IMG/VR virus record: IMGVR_UViG_3300045988_152944
Source: a virus
Length of the DNA stretch: 64,000 nucleotides
Strand: one strand, 5' to 3'
The stretch's first letter is position 1; every line of letters begins with the position of its first letter. The notes beneath the pieces are model-generated. The model was not told the origin of the DNA, searched no databases, and saw only the letters and a program-made list of their open reading frames with translations. Below are positions 16,281 through 25,522 of this stretch, in pieces. Position numbers and translations under genes: made by a program.

Positions 16281-16719
16281 GATCGCTCTTTGTGTTTACG
16301 TCCGCTTTAGGAAGAAAGTGTCCATATCTGTCCAAACCAACGAGTTCATTGGACCATTTTTCTGTGTAAAAGTCATAGTAAGTCTTGTTATGCTTTTTCA
16401 TATAATTGTCGCCAAACGCCGCCCAGCAGATTGAAGGCAATCCAATAACAAACAAGAACAACGGCCCAAGAAATAGACTTTGCAACGAGTGGCCATATTC
16501 GTGAGCCACCAGCTCTTCATCCTCGTCGTCGGTTACAAACAAAAACATCCCAAGCGATACGGAACCGTATTTGTTGTTCCACTTAGTCGCGATAGCGTTT
16601 TTGTACTTCTTGGATTTACATCCAAGCATTTTACATACCAAGAACATTACCAAACCCACAAGGTTTTGGAGAATGCCCCAGGTAAATTGAATCAATGTAT
16701 ACATAAGCTGATTGGTCAT
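16273..16719 (-). CDS. membrane protein with an HExxH motif (putative Zn metallopeptidase-like)
   Basis: The start was moved to ATG 16719, preceded by AAGGAGG. Several hydrophobic segments flank AHEYGH. Confidence 0.55.
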   Translation of the reverse strand: MTNQLMYTLIQFTWGILQNLVGLVMFLVCKMLGCKSKKYKNAIATKWNNKYGSVSLGMFLFVTDDEDEELVAHEYGHSLQSLFLGPLFLFVIGLPSICWAAFGDNYMKKHNKTYYDFYTEKWSNELVGLDRYGHFLPKADVNTKSDHE

Positions 16720-16732
16720 AGTAGTGACCTCC

Positions 16733-17056
16733 TTAAATAATATTTGGGTAAAATGCGTTGAAGCGTTCTGCAAAAGCACGTGCGCGTTCATCAGCGTTTT
16801 GACGTCCCAACATCCTGTCTTCGGTCAACATATCGCCGATGATGGCAGCAACATTTTGCTGAATCGTTTTAGATGTAACAATAGGATCAAGTAGTTTAGC
16901 GGCAACCCGATATGCGTGTGCATAATCAAAATTATAAGGATTTTGATCTATTTCGTCAGCTCGAAAGGCAGCCGTAATTGTATAATAAATGCGTAACCCA
17001 AGCTCTCGTGTCATTGTTTGAGCAGGGCCAAATAATGTATCAAAAAACAGTCCCAT
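16733..17056 (-). CDS. hypothetical protein (107 aa)
   Basis: A same-strand ORF packed tightly between neighbouring genes. Confidence 0.6.
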   Translation of the reverse strand: MGLFFDTLFGPAQTMTRELGLRIYYTITAAFRADEIDQNPYNFDYAHAYRVAAKLLDPIVTSKTIQQNVAAIIGDMLTEDRMLGRQNADERARAFAERFNAFYPNII

Positions 17057-17067
17057 AGGTTCTCTCC

Positions 17068-18111
17068 TTAAAAGATAAAGTTATACTTCTTTTTAATTTT
17101 TTCACGGTCCGGCGGAATATTCTCGCGCTCCTCATCGGTCAAATCTCTGCATTGTTCCATCAGATAATGGCGCATAATAGCCTCGTGTCGTTCCATTCCT
17201 TCCCATTCGTTCAGTTTGTCAAATGTTTTGTTGTCCTGTGTCCATTGGCACTGATACGGACAAAGATGTTTGGCACCTTCCGGTTGGTTTGGATTTGTCC
17301 CGCAGAAGTTACACCAATGACAAAGAGGGGAGGGGTGTGGTGTCCAATCTTGCGCGTCGATTCCAGCAAACAGCTTCTCTAACTTCGTGTCCGCACGTTT
17401 AAGCCATCCTTTTGTTCCCGCACGTTGCCTCATATCAATAAACGGCAAATCCCAGTAACACTCATCTGGCTCGGTTGCAAGATTGTAACAACTTTTAAGA
17501 GCCATGGTGTAAATCTTCATTTGTAATGGTGTGGGTACGTCATTCTTTTCATCGAATGGCGCAGCCTTGGTTTTGATATCATCGATGATATATTGAACAG
17601 TACCTTTATATCTCCAGATGCGATCAATATATCCGCTGAACAAACGTCCTTTGTACGTATATTCAAAATATTTTTCAACATCAACAAGCTCGATGTCGGG
17701 GTGTTCTTCCAAAAACTTTTGTTGACGATAAATACCAACTTCGGCGTAGAACTTACATCTTTGTGCATAAGAACTGCCGTATTTGTCGATTTCGTAAAAT
17801 TCATCAACGTATTTTTGTCGTAAAAAGTTAACGCCCTGGATGCCACCAGTTCTATCGTACTTATCTTTTTGCGGAATATTACAATTCCAAAAGTCTTCAA
17901 GCAGCGCAGGATAATCGGGCTCTCGACCATTGATATACGCTTCGGAGATGCGCTGTTCAATCCAGTGAACCAAGGTACCAATGCTTGTGGCGATAGTATC
18001 GGCGGCGAAGAATCTTCCTTCAACATATTGAAGTTTATATTTCCACCCACACTGTTTATAGGTGTCAAGTTTCGTATAAGAGAATCTCTCTACTTTACTT
18101 CTTTGTGGCAC
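17068..18111 (-). CDS. PD-(D/E)XK nuclease, Cas4/AddB-like, with a 4-Cys cluster
   Basis: The N-terminus has YKQCGWKY and the core has GYIDRIW...IIDDIKT. The C-terminus has CHWCNFC...C. This arrangement is typical of Cas4-family exonucleases. Confidence 0.75.
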   Translation of the reverse strand: MPQRSKVERFSYTKLDTYKQCGWKYKLQYVEGRFFAADTIATSIGTLVHWIEQRISEAYINGREPDYPALLEDFWNCNIPQKDKYDRTGGIQGVNFLRQKYVDEFYEIDKYGSSYAQRCKFYAEVGIYRQQKFLEEHPDIELVDVEKYFEYTYKGRLFSGYIDRIWRYKGTVQYIIDDIKTKAAPFDEKNDVPTPLQMKIYTMALKSCYNLATEPDECYWDLPFIDMRQRAGTKGWLKRADTKLEKLFAGIDAQDWTPHPSPLCHWCNFCGTNPNQPEGAKHLCPYQCQWTQDNKTFDKLNEWEGMERHEAIMRHYLMEQCRDLTDEERENIPPDREKIKKKYNFIF

Positions 18112-19234
18112 GTCTTCGCTCCTTTTTGAAGTCTACTTCGGGGGATGGTATATAGATCTTCTTCTTCATTAATTTTTCAAGGATTTCACGCCCATTATCA
18201 CTGGGCGAACCCTTATATGGCAATAAGCCTTCGTAGTCCATAACTACATATGTGTTAGTATATTTTGTGAGCGGTAATACCGTTTTGAGCAACTTTTGTT
18301 CATAAGCTTTGGTAAGCTCTGATTCGGGCTCTGTATCATTTTCTCTGTCGTATGCCAGAATAACTTCTTCCACTCCCAGTCGCAACAGTAAATCAATCTG
18401 TACGGGGGATATAGACGAACCACAGGTAGCTGCTACAAAACAATTCTCACCATAATAACTGTAGCACTGCATGACACTCTTTTCACTTTCCACTAACATA
18501 ATCTTCTTATGTTTTTTGATTGCTTCAAGATTTTCGTGCAAACCGTATAAACAAGAACCTAGCGGATGCCGATAACAAGTGCCTTCTAAATACGCTGGCA
18601 TATATTTTCGTCCATCCAATAAGTCATTGGCGTCATACGAGCGCCCTCTAATTCCTACTAAGTTGCCATCCATATCATAGTGAGGAATTATAATTTTTTG
18701 GTTGGCAATATCAACACGAATGCCAAACTTTCTCATTGTTTCGGCCGTTATATGTTCGGTTTTCCACTCCATAGGACTGGCTAAGGGGCCAAAACATTGT
18801 AAGATATTTGTGGGTAATATTGGCAACGAAGCATCGGGTTTTTGAACTTTTTGATAGAAATCATATTTGTTCAAAATATTCCAATCGTCACTCAATTCTT
18901 TCTCGGTATCGTCGGCAAAACCGCGACGTCTTACATCTAAATGAAAGAAATTGATAACGTATTTATACGCCTCTAAAAACGATTCAAAACCCTTCGCTTT
19001 TTGAACCAGCTCAAAAACATCCATTGAACCACATTCGGTGTAGCAATAAAATGTTTGAGAGTCGGGATAATAATATAATTTGTAACTACCAAATCCCGGC
19101 GGGTTGTGACAGATTGTTTGAAAAATTGGCGCCCCAGACGAATCCCAAAGATTGCCATTAGAGCCCAATCCCTCAGTAACCAATCTGATAATATCTTCGG
19201 TGGACAATAATGCTTTTACTTTCGAAGTATCCAT
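18095..19234 (-). CDS. dnaG: DNA primase (DnaG-like, Zn ribbon plus TOPRIM)
   Basis: The Zn-ribbon pattern is CHNPPG...CYTEC. TOPRIM-like motifs MLVESEKS and AYDREND are present. The gene is adjacent to the helicase gene. Confidence 0.7.
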   Translation of the reverse strand: MDTSKVKALLSTEDIIRLVTEGLGSNGNLWDSSGAPIFQTICHNPPGFGSYKLYYYPDSQTFYCYTECGSMDVFELVQKAKGFESFLEAYKYVINFFHLDVRRRGFADDTEKELSDDWNILNKYDFYQKVQKPDASLPILPTNILQCFGPLASPMEWKTEHITAETMRKFGIRVDIANQKIIIPHYDMDGNLVGIRGRSYDANDLLDGRKYMPAYLEGTCYRHPLGSCLYGLHENLEAIKKHKKIMLVESEKSVMQCYSYYGENCFVAATCGSSISPVQIDLLLRLGVEEVILAYDRENDTEPESELTKAYEQKLLKTVLPLTKYTNTYVVMDYEGLLPYKGSPSDNGREILEKLMKKKIYIPSPEVDFKKERRRATKK

Positions 19235-19242
19235 TATTCACC

Positions 19243-20802
19243 TCAAAAAACAAAATCGTACTTTTCTTCGAACGTTTTGTCAAACACAACCTCGATACTC
19301 GTGTCTTCGATGTTTAACAAGTTGCCATTATTATCGGTAACAAAACACTCAACGGCGCGACAAGTCGAACGATCAAAGTTAATATAGACTTTAATATTGT
19401 TGTAATGTCCGCGACGTACTTTATAAACATGGATAACGTGCGTAGGTTCAAGCTGGAACCCTTTTGCCAAATACGATTCAATAATTGGCTTGTCGGCCTC
19501 ACGAACCGGCAACATAATGCTACCAATGTCGATTTTGTCCGAAATTGATTTCGCACCACGCAACAATTGTTGGTCGGCCTCTTTAGCGTTTTTCCAGTCG
19601 CCAGACAACTGAGTAGCTGTCCAAATAAAGATGTCTAATTCGTTACACAAGTCTTTTAGCCTCGTGGTAAACATCAACAAGATTTGATCTTCACGCAAGT
19701 TGCTAATGCGAGATTTTGTAGCACCTTCCGACATTATTTTGATAGTGGTACTTAAATAGTCGTAATACACATAATTAACCTTATTTATTTGGTAATACTT
19801 CCTAATTAAGTTTTCGATATCGTCCATATCGTAGTTACTAATTTGAACAAAATATAGATTCGAGGCTTCGAGCAACTCGATTGCTGTATCAACTCTCTGT
19901 TCCTCACCTGCGCTATATTTGCCGTCCAGAATCTTATGTTCGGGTACACCGGAAACATAAGACAGCCACATTGTTTGAACTTCTTCCAACTCCAACTCTG
20001 TTGAAATAAACAACACGTTTTCCTGAAGCTTGGTTTTCACCCAACAATTGTGTTCTGTGTCAAAAATCTTGGGTACGGCCAAATGAGCAGATTCTGCAGC
20101 CATTCGACGAGACTTGCCAACACCTTGTGCGGAAGACTCAAGATAAAGTTTCTTCAATCGTTGCCCGCGATACAATGTAGTCAACTTGGGAGTGGTTAAC
20201 GGCAACCCCAGCTCTGGTGTCTCTTTCAGACGCTCTTTGGTTTCACGCAACCCGTCGCCTACCTTGGTTTGTACGATACCACGATTCTTTGCAAAAATGT
20301 CTTTAACTTGAATGAACTTGGTTTCGTAAGTTCCTATAATTTGTTCAATCGTATAAGAATCGAGCCTTTCTTGAAGTTCTGCAGCCTTGAGGGGATCTAC
20401 AACACTATCGTCATAAAAATCACTAATATCAAAACCGTTGTCCTCAAGTTTGTTTAAGAGGCTCATCTTCTTCAAGGTGTTGTAATAATAGGGGAAGTTA
20501 CGTTCTTCAGCGATTTCTAACGCTTTAATAACGTATTCAACACCCCTGTTATCAGTAAATACCTTATATTGCATTGGATATTGCGCCAAGTATTGGTCAA
20601 TATCAATGTAAGTAATGGTTTTCAGTCCAGAAGAGGATAAATTACTAATGGCGCCATACAATATGCGATGAAATTGTTCCACAAAGTCATCCATTTCGAT
20701 ATTATATTCTGCCCTGTTGCATAGCAGCGGGTTTTTCATCAGACAAGCAAGCACTTGTAACACTGCTAATTTATTAGTAAGTCTTTTCTTTGTTTCTGCC
20801 AT
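19243..20802 (-). CDS. dnaB: replicative DNA helicase (DnaB-like)
   Basis: The 519-aa product has a DnaB-like N-terminal domain and a RecA-type core with Walker A (SAQGVGKSR). Confidence 0.8.
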   Translation of the reverse strand: MAETKKRLTNKLAVLQVLACLMKNPLLCNRAEYNIEMDDFVEQFHRILYGAISNLSSSGLKTITYIDIDQYLAQYPMQYKVFTDNRGVEYVIKALEIAEERNFPYYYNTLKKMSLLNKLEDNGFDISDFYDDSVVDPLKAAELQERLDSYTIEQIIGTYETKFIQVKDIFAKNRGIVQTKVGDGLRETKERLKETPELGLPLTTPKLTTLYRGQRLKKLYLESSAQGVGKSRRMAAESAHLAVPKIFDTEHNCWVKTKLQENVLFISTELELEEVQTMWLSYVSGVPEHKILDGKYSAGEEQRVDTAIELLEASNLYFVQISNYDMDDIENLIRKYYQINKVNYVYYDYLSTTIKIMSEGATKSRISNLREDQILLMFTTRLKDLCNELDIFIWTATQLSGDWKNAKEADQQLLRGAKSISDKIDIGSIMLPVREADKPIIESYLAKGFQLEPTHVIHVYKVRRGHYNNIKVYINFDRSTCRAVECFVTDNNGNLLNIEDTSIEVVFDKTFEEKYDFVF

Positions 20803-20805
20803 GTG

Positions 20806-21285
20806 TTAAAGATCCTCTATGTTATATTTTGGTTTACGTGTTGGGTTTTCTGGAGGGGACATAATGACTGTGCGTTTAATAGGGGTTAAGTCCACTTGTG
20901 TGTTGGATTGTCGCAACTCTTTTTGTTCAGCAAAATACTGTGATGCTGTGTCGTAGTAATTCCTAATTGCCCACAATCCCTTGTCTGGATCTGCTCGATT
21001 CCCCAAAACCTCATAATAATAATATAAGGTTGCTCGCATCCCAAAATAGGTTTTCTTGTCTTTTCTATAAGCTTTGATTTGCTCGAGCCAATCGGGAGGA
21101 ATTTCGGTGATACCAAATAGTGCTCTCGCATACTCCAACAGCTCCTCAAGCTCTTGTTCTGCCAGCTTAACCTCTTCGATGGCTTTTCGATAGCAAGACG
21201 GGCAGAGTGTCTGCCCATCAAGTACCTTTTTAGATGTGGCCACCACAGCAGTGCCACATCGGGAGCATCGTAACGAGGTTGACAT
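20806..21285 (-). CDS. Zn-ribbon protein of unknown function (possible helicase-associated factor)
   Basis: The N-terminus has CSRCG...CPSC. The gene lies directly upstream of dnaB. The functional suggestion rests on position only. Confidence 0.5.
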   Translation of the reverse strand: MSTSLRCSRCGTAVVATSKKVLDGQTLCPSCYRKAIEEVKLAEQELEELLEYARALFGITEIPPDWLEQIKAYRKDKKTYFGMRATLYYYYEVLGNRADPDKGLWAIRNYYDTASQYFAEQKELRQSNTQVDLTPIKRTVIMSPPENPTRKPKYNIEDL

Positions 21286-21298
21286 AAGTTACCCTCGC

Positions 21299-21967
21299 TT
21301 AATAGCCAAGTTCTACAAGACCATCGATCAACGCTTCGAGCTGTTGACGTTGAGACTCGGTTGCCTGACTTGCTTTAAAGTCACTTGTGCCCAAAACTTC
21401 TTGCATAAGGTCAGAGTAACTATTGATGTCTCCTTCCTTTGCGCTCATTTTTTGAAGCTTGTCACCAATTGTAGAGATAAGTTCTTCAATGGGAACCTTT
21501 CTCTCGGTTTCTTCTTTTTTGGCTTTGGCAACTTTCTTGGCTGTTTCCTGTGCAGTAGCGGCTTTCATACCACTGTCTTTTTCTTCTGCTACAATCGCAT
21601 CGCTGATAGCTTGATCCAGTTTTTGGATGTTCCATTCAGGAATGCTTTTCACAATGTGAACAAAGCGACTGCGAGCATGATACGCCGGCGAACCTTTCAA
21701 ATACAACGTTGAAAGGACTTCCTCTCCATCTTCGGTATCGGGTTGGATTTGAGCATAACCGATAATGTCACAAAGGTCGCAAATAGGATCGATAACCCTT
21801 TTGTCACCCCTGGGATAAATTTTCGTATACTCATTACCCTGTGCGTCCTGGAAGACGCGTTCGCCTTCGTGTGCAATGAAGAAAATGGTATAACCAGCGT
21901 TGGTGAGGAGCTTGAGATACTTGTTGATTTCTGCTCCATATTCTTTCCAAAGACCATAACCTCTATT
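21299..21967 (-). CDS. Sak4-like AAA ATPase (AAA_24-type), exon 2
   Basis: The frame stays open upstream of the ORF-track start and reads ...NRGYGLWKEYGAEINKYLKLLTNAGYTIFFIAHEGE..., which continues exon 1. The 5' boundary is uncertain by about 8 nt. Confidence 0.7.
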   Translation of the reverse strand, partial: NRGYGLWKEYGAEINKYLKLLTNAGYTIFFIAHEGERVFQDAQGNEYTKIYPRGDKRVIDPICDLCDIIGYAQIQPDTEDGEEVLSTLYLKGSPAYHARSRFVHIVKSIPEWNIQKLDQAISDAIVAEEKDSGMKAATAQETAKKVAKAKKEETERKVPIEELISTIGDKLQKMSAKEGDINSYSDLMQEVLGTSDFKASQATESQRQQLEALIDGLVELGY

Positions 21968-22287
21968 CGAGTAATCTACTATATTTCTATAATAGTCAGA
22001 CTATATCACCAACTTATTCAGCAGTTCCAAATAAGTTGCGATGCACTTCCAGTAGTAGCTCATCTTCTACTGTACTTCCCTACACTCATCGGGAATAGTC
22101 GTTTGACCTTCCAATTACTTGGCTTGGCACAGGATTGACTTCGGCGGTCATCCGTTCAGTCGTTCCCTGTTAGCACAATTCCTAATCGCCATTTCCTGCG
22201 ATTCCTAATCGTGAATTGTACACCCTTGAGCCTCAAGGTTCACATCGTACACAAGTATTGTCACCAATACAAGGGGCAATAGTGTTT
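21968..22287 (-). mobile_element. ORF-less group I intron in the Sak4-like ATPase gene (boundaries approximate)
   Basis: Minus-strand core elements are AATCCTGTGCCAAGCC...AAGGTCAAACGACTATT (Q/R-like) and GATATAGTCTGA (P7 3' strand, 21996-22007). These are followed by a P9 hairpin CTATTATA-GAAA-TATAGTAG. The architecture is collinear with the intron at 60076-60405. Confidence 0.75.
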
Positions 22288-22641
22288 ACCGTCGTTAATT
22301 CGCGCAACTCCAAAGTTGCCGCACACAAACTCAGAAGCGAGGTCCGCCATACCATCGACAGTGTCGATAATAATAGAAGAATACATCTTCTTTGCCTCAG
22401 CAATGGTTTTGTCGCTCGTCAACTGTTTAACGAAACTCGTCCAATCAGTCCACTTTTTGATCTTAACGTTCTTGACGCCATTGATAGCACCGAGGCCGTT
22501 CTCAAAACAACACACCAACGGTTTGTCAGCCTTGGCAAGGTTTTTAGTCTTGCCAGTGCTGTTGGTGCCGTAAATGAGAATGAGTTTGCCTTCGATACCT
22601 TTAGTTACCTGAGATACTTCAGGGTTGAAAATATCCACCAT
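22288..22641 (-). CDS. Sak4-like AAA ATPase, exon 1
   Basis: AAGGAG RBS, Walker A (IYGTNSTGKT) and Walker B (SSIIIDTVDG). The reading frame hits a stop shortly after entering the intron. Confidence 0.75.
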
Positions 22642-22672
22642 AATTCTATTCTCCTTTTTTTTGTTAACTTAA

Positions 22673-23644
22673 TTAGAAGTTACCGCTGTCGAAAGTGAAT
22701 TTCTTCTTCGGTGCCGCCGGTGCAGAGTCTGCAAAGCCTCGTTTAGCATCCGATGTCGCAGCGGGCTGCTCTTTATCGGGCAATTCGTTGATTTTTTGTT
22801 GACGCAGTGTGAGTGCTTTCTTAATCTCTTCTTTTTTGAGACCACGTTCGTCATCCTCGTCCAACGGGGTTGCCGTACCACCGAAGATTTCTCTTTCTTG
22901 GGTAAATTTGGTTTCATATTGAGGTTCCGGCGTACGTCCAAAGGTGCCACCAACGACTTCTTTCTCAATACGAACAAAAGTATTGATCACGTTGCCGTAA
23001 ACTTTAACAGTTTGGCCGACTTCGTAGTTTTCTTCGATGTAATCGGTTGCGTCGCCGGTTTCGGTTACAAATTCGATTCTGCTGACGCTATCATCATATT
23101 CAGGAACCAAACCAACGAGGACGATACGTCCAGTCTCTTCGCCATCTTTCATTTCAGGGCGTTTGGATTCAATATACATTTCAACCTCAAACGTCGCATG
23201 GGGTTCAAAGGGATGATTTTCCGATTCGGTTTTTATACCTGCCGAAATACCACGAATGGTCGTCGAAGAAATAACCTCACCTTTTTCGTCTTTACGCAGA
23301 TATTCTTGCAAACTGGCAAATGCCCACATTTTGGTTGCCGACAATTTGGCGGTTTCGAAATCCATTGAGGTATTGTCTTTCATCAACGAAGCTACGGACA
23401 TTGTGTTACCAGGCAAAACGTCCACCAACTTGGCAAAGCTCTTGTTTTCTTGTTTGGTGGTTTCACCAGCACGCAACGCCTTGTATTTGTTCACGTAGAA
23501 CTGAACACGGCAACTGCGCACATCGTCGATTGCGATAATCAACGAGCCGCGAATCACTTCTTCGCCCATCTTATCACGGACGAGCTCAAGATTGTTTTCT
23601 CTCAAATAACCTTCAATTGTTACTTTGTTTACTACTTGTCTCAT
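22673..23644 (-). CDS. putative ssDNA-binding protein
   Basis: The 323-aa product sits next to the Sak4-like ATPase and has a Lys/Ala-rich linker and a short C-terminal FDSGNF tail. The call rests on context and composition only. Confidence 0.35.
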   Translation of the reverse strand: MRQVVNKVTIEGYLRENNLELVRDKMGEEVIRGSLIIAIDDVRSCRVQFYVNKYKALRAGETTKQENKSFAKLVDVLPGNTMSVASLMKDNTSMDFETAKLSATKMWAFASLQEYLRKDEKGEVISSTTIRGISAGIKTESENHPFEPHATFEVEMYIESKRPEMKDGEETGRIVLVGLVPEYDDSVSRIEFVTETGDATDYIEENYEVGQTVKVYGNVINTFVRIEKEVVGGTFGRTPEPQYETKFTQEREIFGGTATPLDEDDERGLKKEEIKKALTLRQQKINELPDKEQPAATSDAKRGFADSAPAAPKKKFTFDSGNF

Positions 23645-23667
23645 AGAACTATTCTCCTTTTAAAATC

Positions 23668-24237
23668 TTACTCTTCAGTCGCTTTCTCGCTAAGTTTTTC
23701 CAACTCTTCTTGAGTATCAGTGATTAGCTCACTGTTGTCCACATCAGCAAAGAGCTCTTGCTCCTCGCGTGCCGCAATGATTTCCAATGCTTCATACGCG
23801 CCGGTTGTCTCATCATAAATAAGCAAGTCGGTATAAAGGTCGAATAACCACTTTGGTTCAGTTTCATCTTCCGCAAGGCAAACAAGTGAATTACGAGCTC
23901 CCTCACGAGTGATGGTGAATTCTTTCTCTTTGTTGGCCTCTACCCAGTCTTTGAATTTGTCTGTCAAATCCTTTTGAGGCCGAGACTGAATTCCTTCTAC
24001 ATTCAGTTTACACTTGGTACCATCGGGACAAGCCTCTACATTGTCAAGATGTGCGAAGTTGCTATTGCGCAATATTTCGATGTCTTTCGAGTCTGCGATG
24101 CCACTCTGAAGACGACGAATTGCGATAGAACCCATTACTTCCTTTAGGCTAGTAACAGCTTTGCCCAACTGGCGTTCGGTGCGGTTCAAACGTTTTACCT
24201 GTTTTTCAAGGTCTCTACGCTGTTTTCGGTTCATCAT
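23668..24237 (-). CDS. hypothetical protein (189 aa)
   Basis: AAGGAG RBS. It is the first gene after the promoter at 24301-24341. Confidence 0.6.
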   Translation of the reverse strand: MMNRKQRRDLEKQVKRLNRTERQLGKAVTSLKEVMGSIAIRRLQSGIADSKDIEILRNSNFAHLDNVEACPDGTKCKLNVEGIQSRPQKDLTDKFKDWVEANKEKEFTITREGARNSLVCLAEDETEPKWLFDLYTDLLIYDETTGAYEALEIIAAREEQELFADVDNSELITDTQEELEKLSEKATEE

Positions 24238-24300
24238 TTCTCCTTTTTATGTAAAATAAAATTGTAGTTTTATTTGGCACAATTTTCACTTGTAACTTCA

Positions 24301-24341
24301 TTATATACGATCACCTTTCAAAAGTCAACATATAATGACGA
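24301..24341 (-). promoter_or_regulatory. sigma70-type promoter (TTGACT-17-TATAAT)
   Basis: Minus strand reads CGTCATTATATGTTGACTTTTGAAAGGTGATCGTATATAAT. Confidence 0.7.
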
Positions 24342-24352
24342 AATTTTTAAAA

Positions 24353-24778
24353 TTATTTTGACCAAAAATTGCCAACACACTTGGTGTATCGCCAATCGGT
24401 GCAATCCCACGTGTCCCACGCTTTACAATCTACGACGGCAACTATGTGTCCAGCCATCGATACCAAATAGCGTTGACCAGGTTTTGCTAACCGTGTGCAA
24501 AACTCCGCGACTGTATACTTGGTTCCGTCGGCTTTGCGCGGTTGGGGATTTTTCTTCCACCCCTTGGTCTGCATATATTTTTCAATACCTTTGGCATCCG
24601 CGTTATCGAAACCTGTTTTGCACTGCATCTCAGCATTTTCCAAAACCACCTGATTGTAGGGAATTTCTAAAACCACGGTTTCGGCACGCGTTACACAGTC
24701 GCCGGTGATACGGTTATGGGGATTGGCATTGTGATAATGGAATGTTGTAGTATCGGGAAACTTGTCTTGCCTTTTCAT
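24353..24778 (-). CDS. hypothetical protein with a possible Cys/His (papain-like) pair
   Basis: GAGGTGA RBS. The motifs ITGDCVTRA and MAGHIVAVVD are suggestive only. Confidence 0.5.
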   Translation of the reverse strand: MKRQDKFPDTTTFHYHNANPHNRITGDCVTRAETVVLEIPYNQVVLENAEMQCKTGFDNADAKGIEKYMQTKGWKKNPQPRKADGTKYTVAEFCTRLAKPGQRYLVSMAGHIVAVVDCKAWDTWDCTDWRYTKCVGNFWSK

Positions 24779-24805
24779 ATGTCACCTCTTCTCCTAGATA
24801 CTACT

Positions 24806-24855
24806 ATTATAGCACACAAAACCCAACCTGTCAACATTTAATGACAAATTGGGTT
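24806..24855 (-). promoter_or_regulatory. sigma70-type promoter (TTGACA-17-TATAAT) embedded in a 12-bp hairpin
   Basis: Minus strand reads CCCAATTTGTCATTAAATGTTGACAGGTTGGGTTTTGTGTGCTATAAT. The stem is CCCAATTTGTCA/TGACAGGTTGGG, followed by TTTT. Confidence 0.75.
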
Positions 24856-24871
24856 TGGTGTATTTGCATAA

Positions 24872-25090
24872 TTACCACAGGCCGCGAGCCTTCATTTCCT
24901 TTACGATGCAGTCAATAAGGGGATAATCCCATTCGACCTGTTGCTTGTATACTTCGCTATCATGATCACATTCCCAGGCACACTCGTAACAAGCGTAGTG
25001 GTAAGCCATGAAGCCGCTTTCATCCACCGCTTGTTTAGCGGCCTCTTTGATAACATTAGGAATACGTCCTCTTTTCCTATTTAGTCCCAC
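24872..25090 (-). CDS. hypothetical small protein (72 aa)
   Basis: GTG start preceded by AAGGAG with a 7-nt spacer. Confidence 0.55.
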   Translation of the reverse strand: MGLNRKRGRIPNVIKEAAKQAVDESGFMAYHYACYECAWECDHDSEVYKQQVEWDYPLIDCIVKEMKARGLW

Positions 25091-25286
25091 AGTTCTTCTC
25101 CTTTTCTATTTCAAGCCGCGTCTGAGCACGTTCTAAAGTATAATATATCCCATAGTGAACTAGCCCGTCTTCGTAAAAGTACACTGCCCATTTATGATCG
25201 CTCACCTTTTGCATCGACGGCACTTTGAGGTATTCGCCGGTCTGGAATTTGCCATAAATATCTTTCAACAACTCATTCGATTTCAT
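25077..25286 (-). CDS. hypothetical small protein (69 aa)
   Basis: ATGA start/stop overlap with the upstream gene. Confidence 0.55.
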   Translation of the reverse strand: MKSNELLKDIYGKFQTGEYLKVPSMQKVSDHKWAVYFYEDGLVHYGIYYTLERAQTRLEIEKEKNCGTK

Positions 25287-25522
25287 TTCGCGCTCCTCAT
25301 GTAACGGTCTTCGTAGAATTCCACCAACCTATCGAGCCACTCTGTGATTTTGCGTTTGCCAACGGTGGGGATATAGTTGTTATAATCAACTAGAACCTGT
25401 TGTAAAACTTCAATCTTGGTTTTAACAATAAACTGATTCTGTTTTTGTTTGTCTGCAGTCGGCTGTGCTGCAAATTGTTCTTCGCCGTGTTTGATACAAT
25501 CTGTTATACGATCTTTTTTCAT
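25283..25522 (-). CDS. hypothetical small protein (79 aa)
   Basis: ATGA start/stop overlap with the upstream gene. Confidence 0.55.
   Translation of the reverse strand: MKKDRITDCIKHGEEQFAAQPTADKQKQNQFIVKTKIEVLQQVLVDYNNYIPTVGKRKITEWLDRLVEFYEDRYMRSAK

Noticed and set aside
17517-18068. 183-aa minus-strand ORF nested in the nuclease gene, and similar nested ORFs (11466-11816, 20886-21257, 22669-22977, 32629-32982)
   Set aside because: They are out-of-frame overlaps with longer genes that carry clear motifs. They have no independent RBS or motif.
21697-21957. 86-aa minus-strand ORF in the ORF track
   Set aside because: It is in the wrong frame. The frame of ORF 21299-21706 is open through this region and encodes the conserved GYG...FIAHE part of the Sak4-like ATPase.
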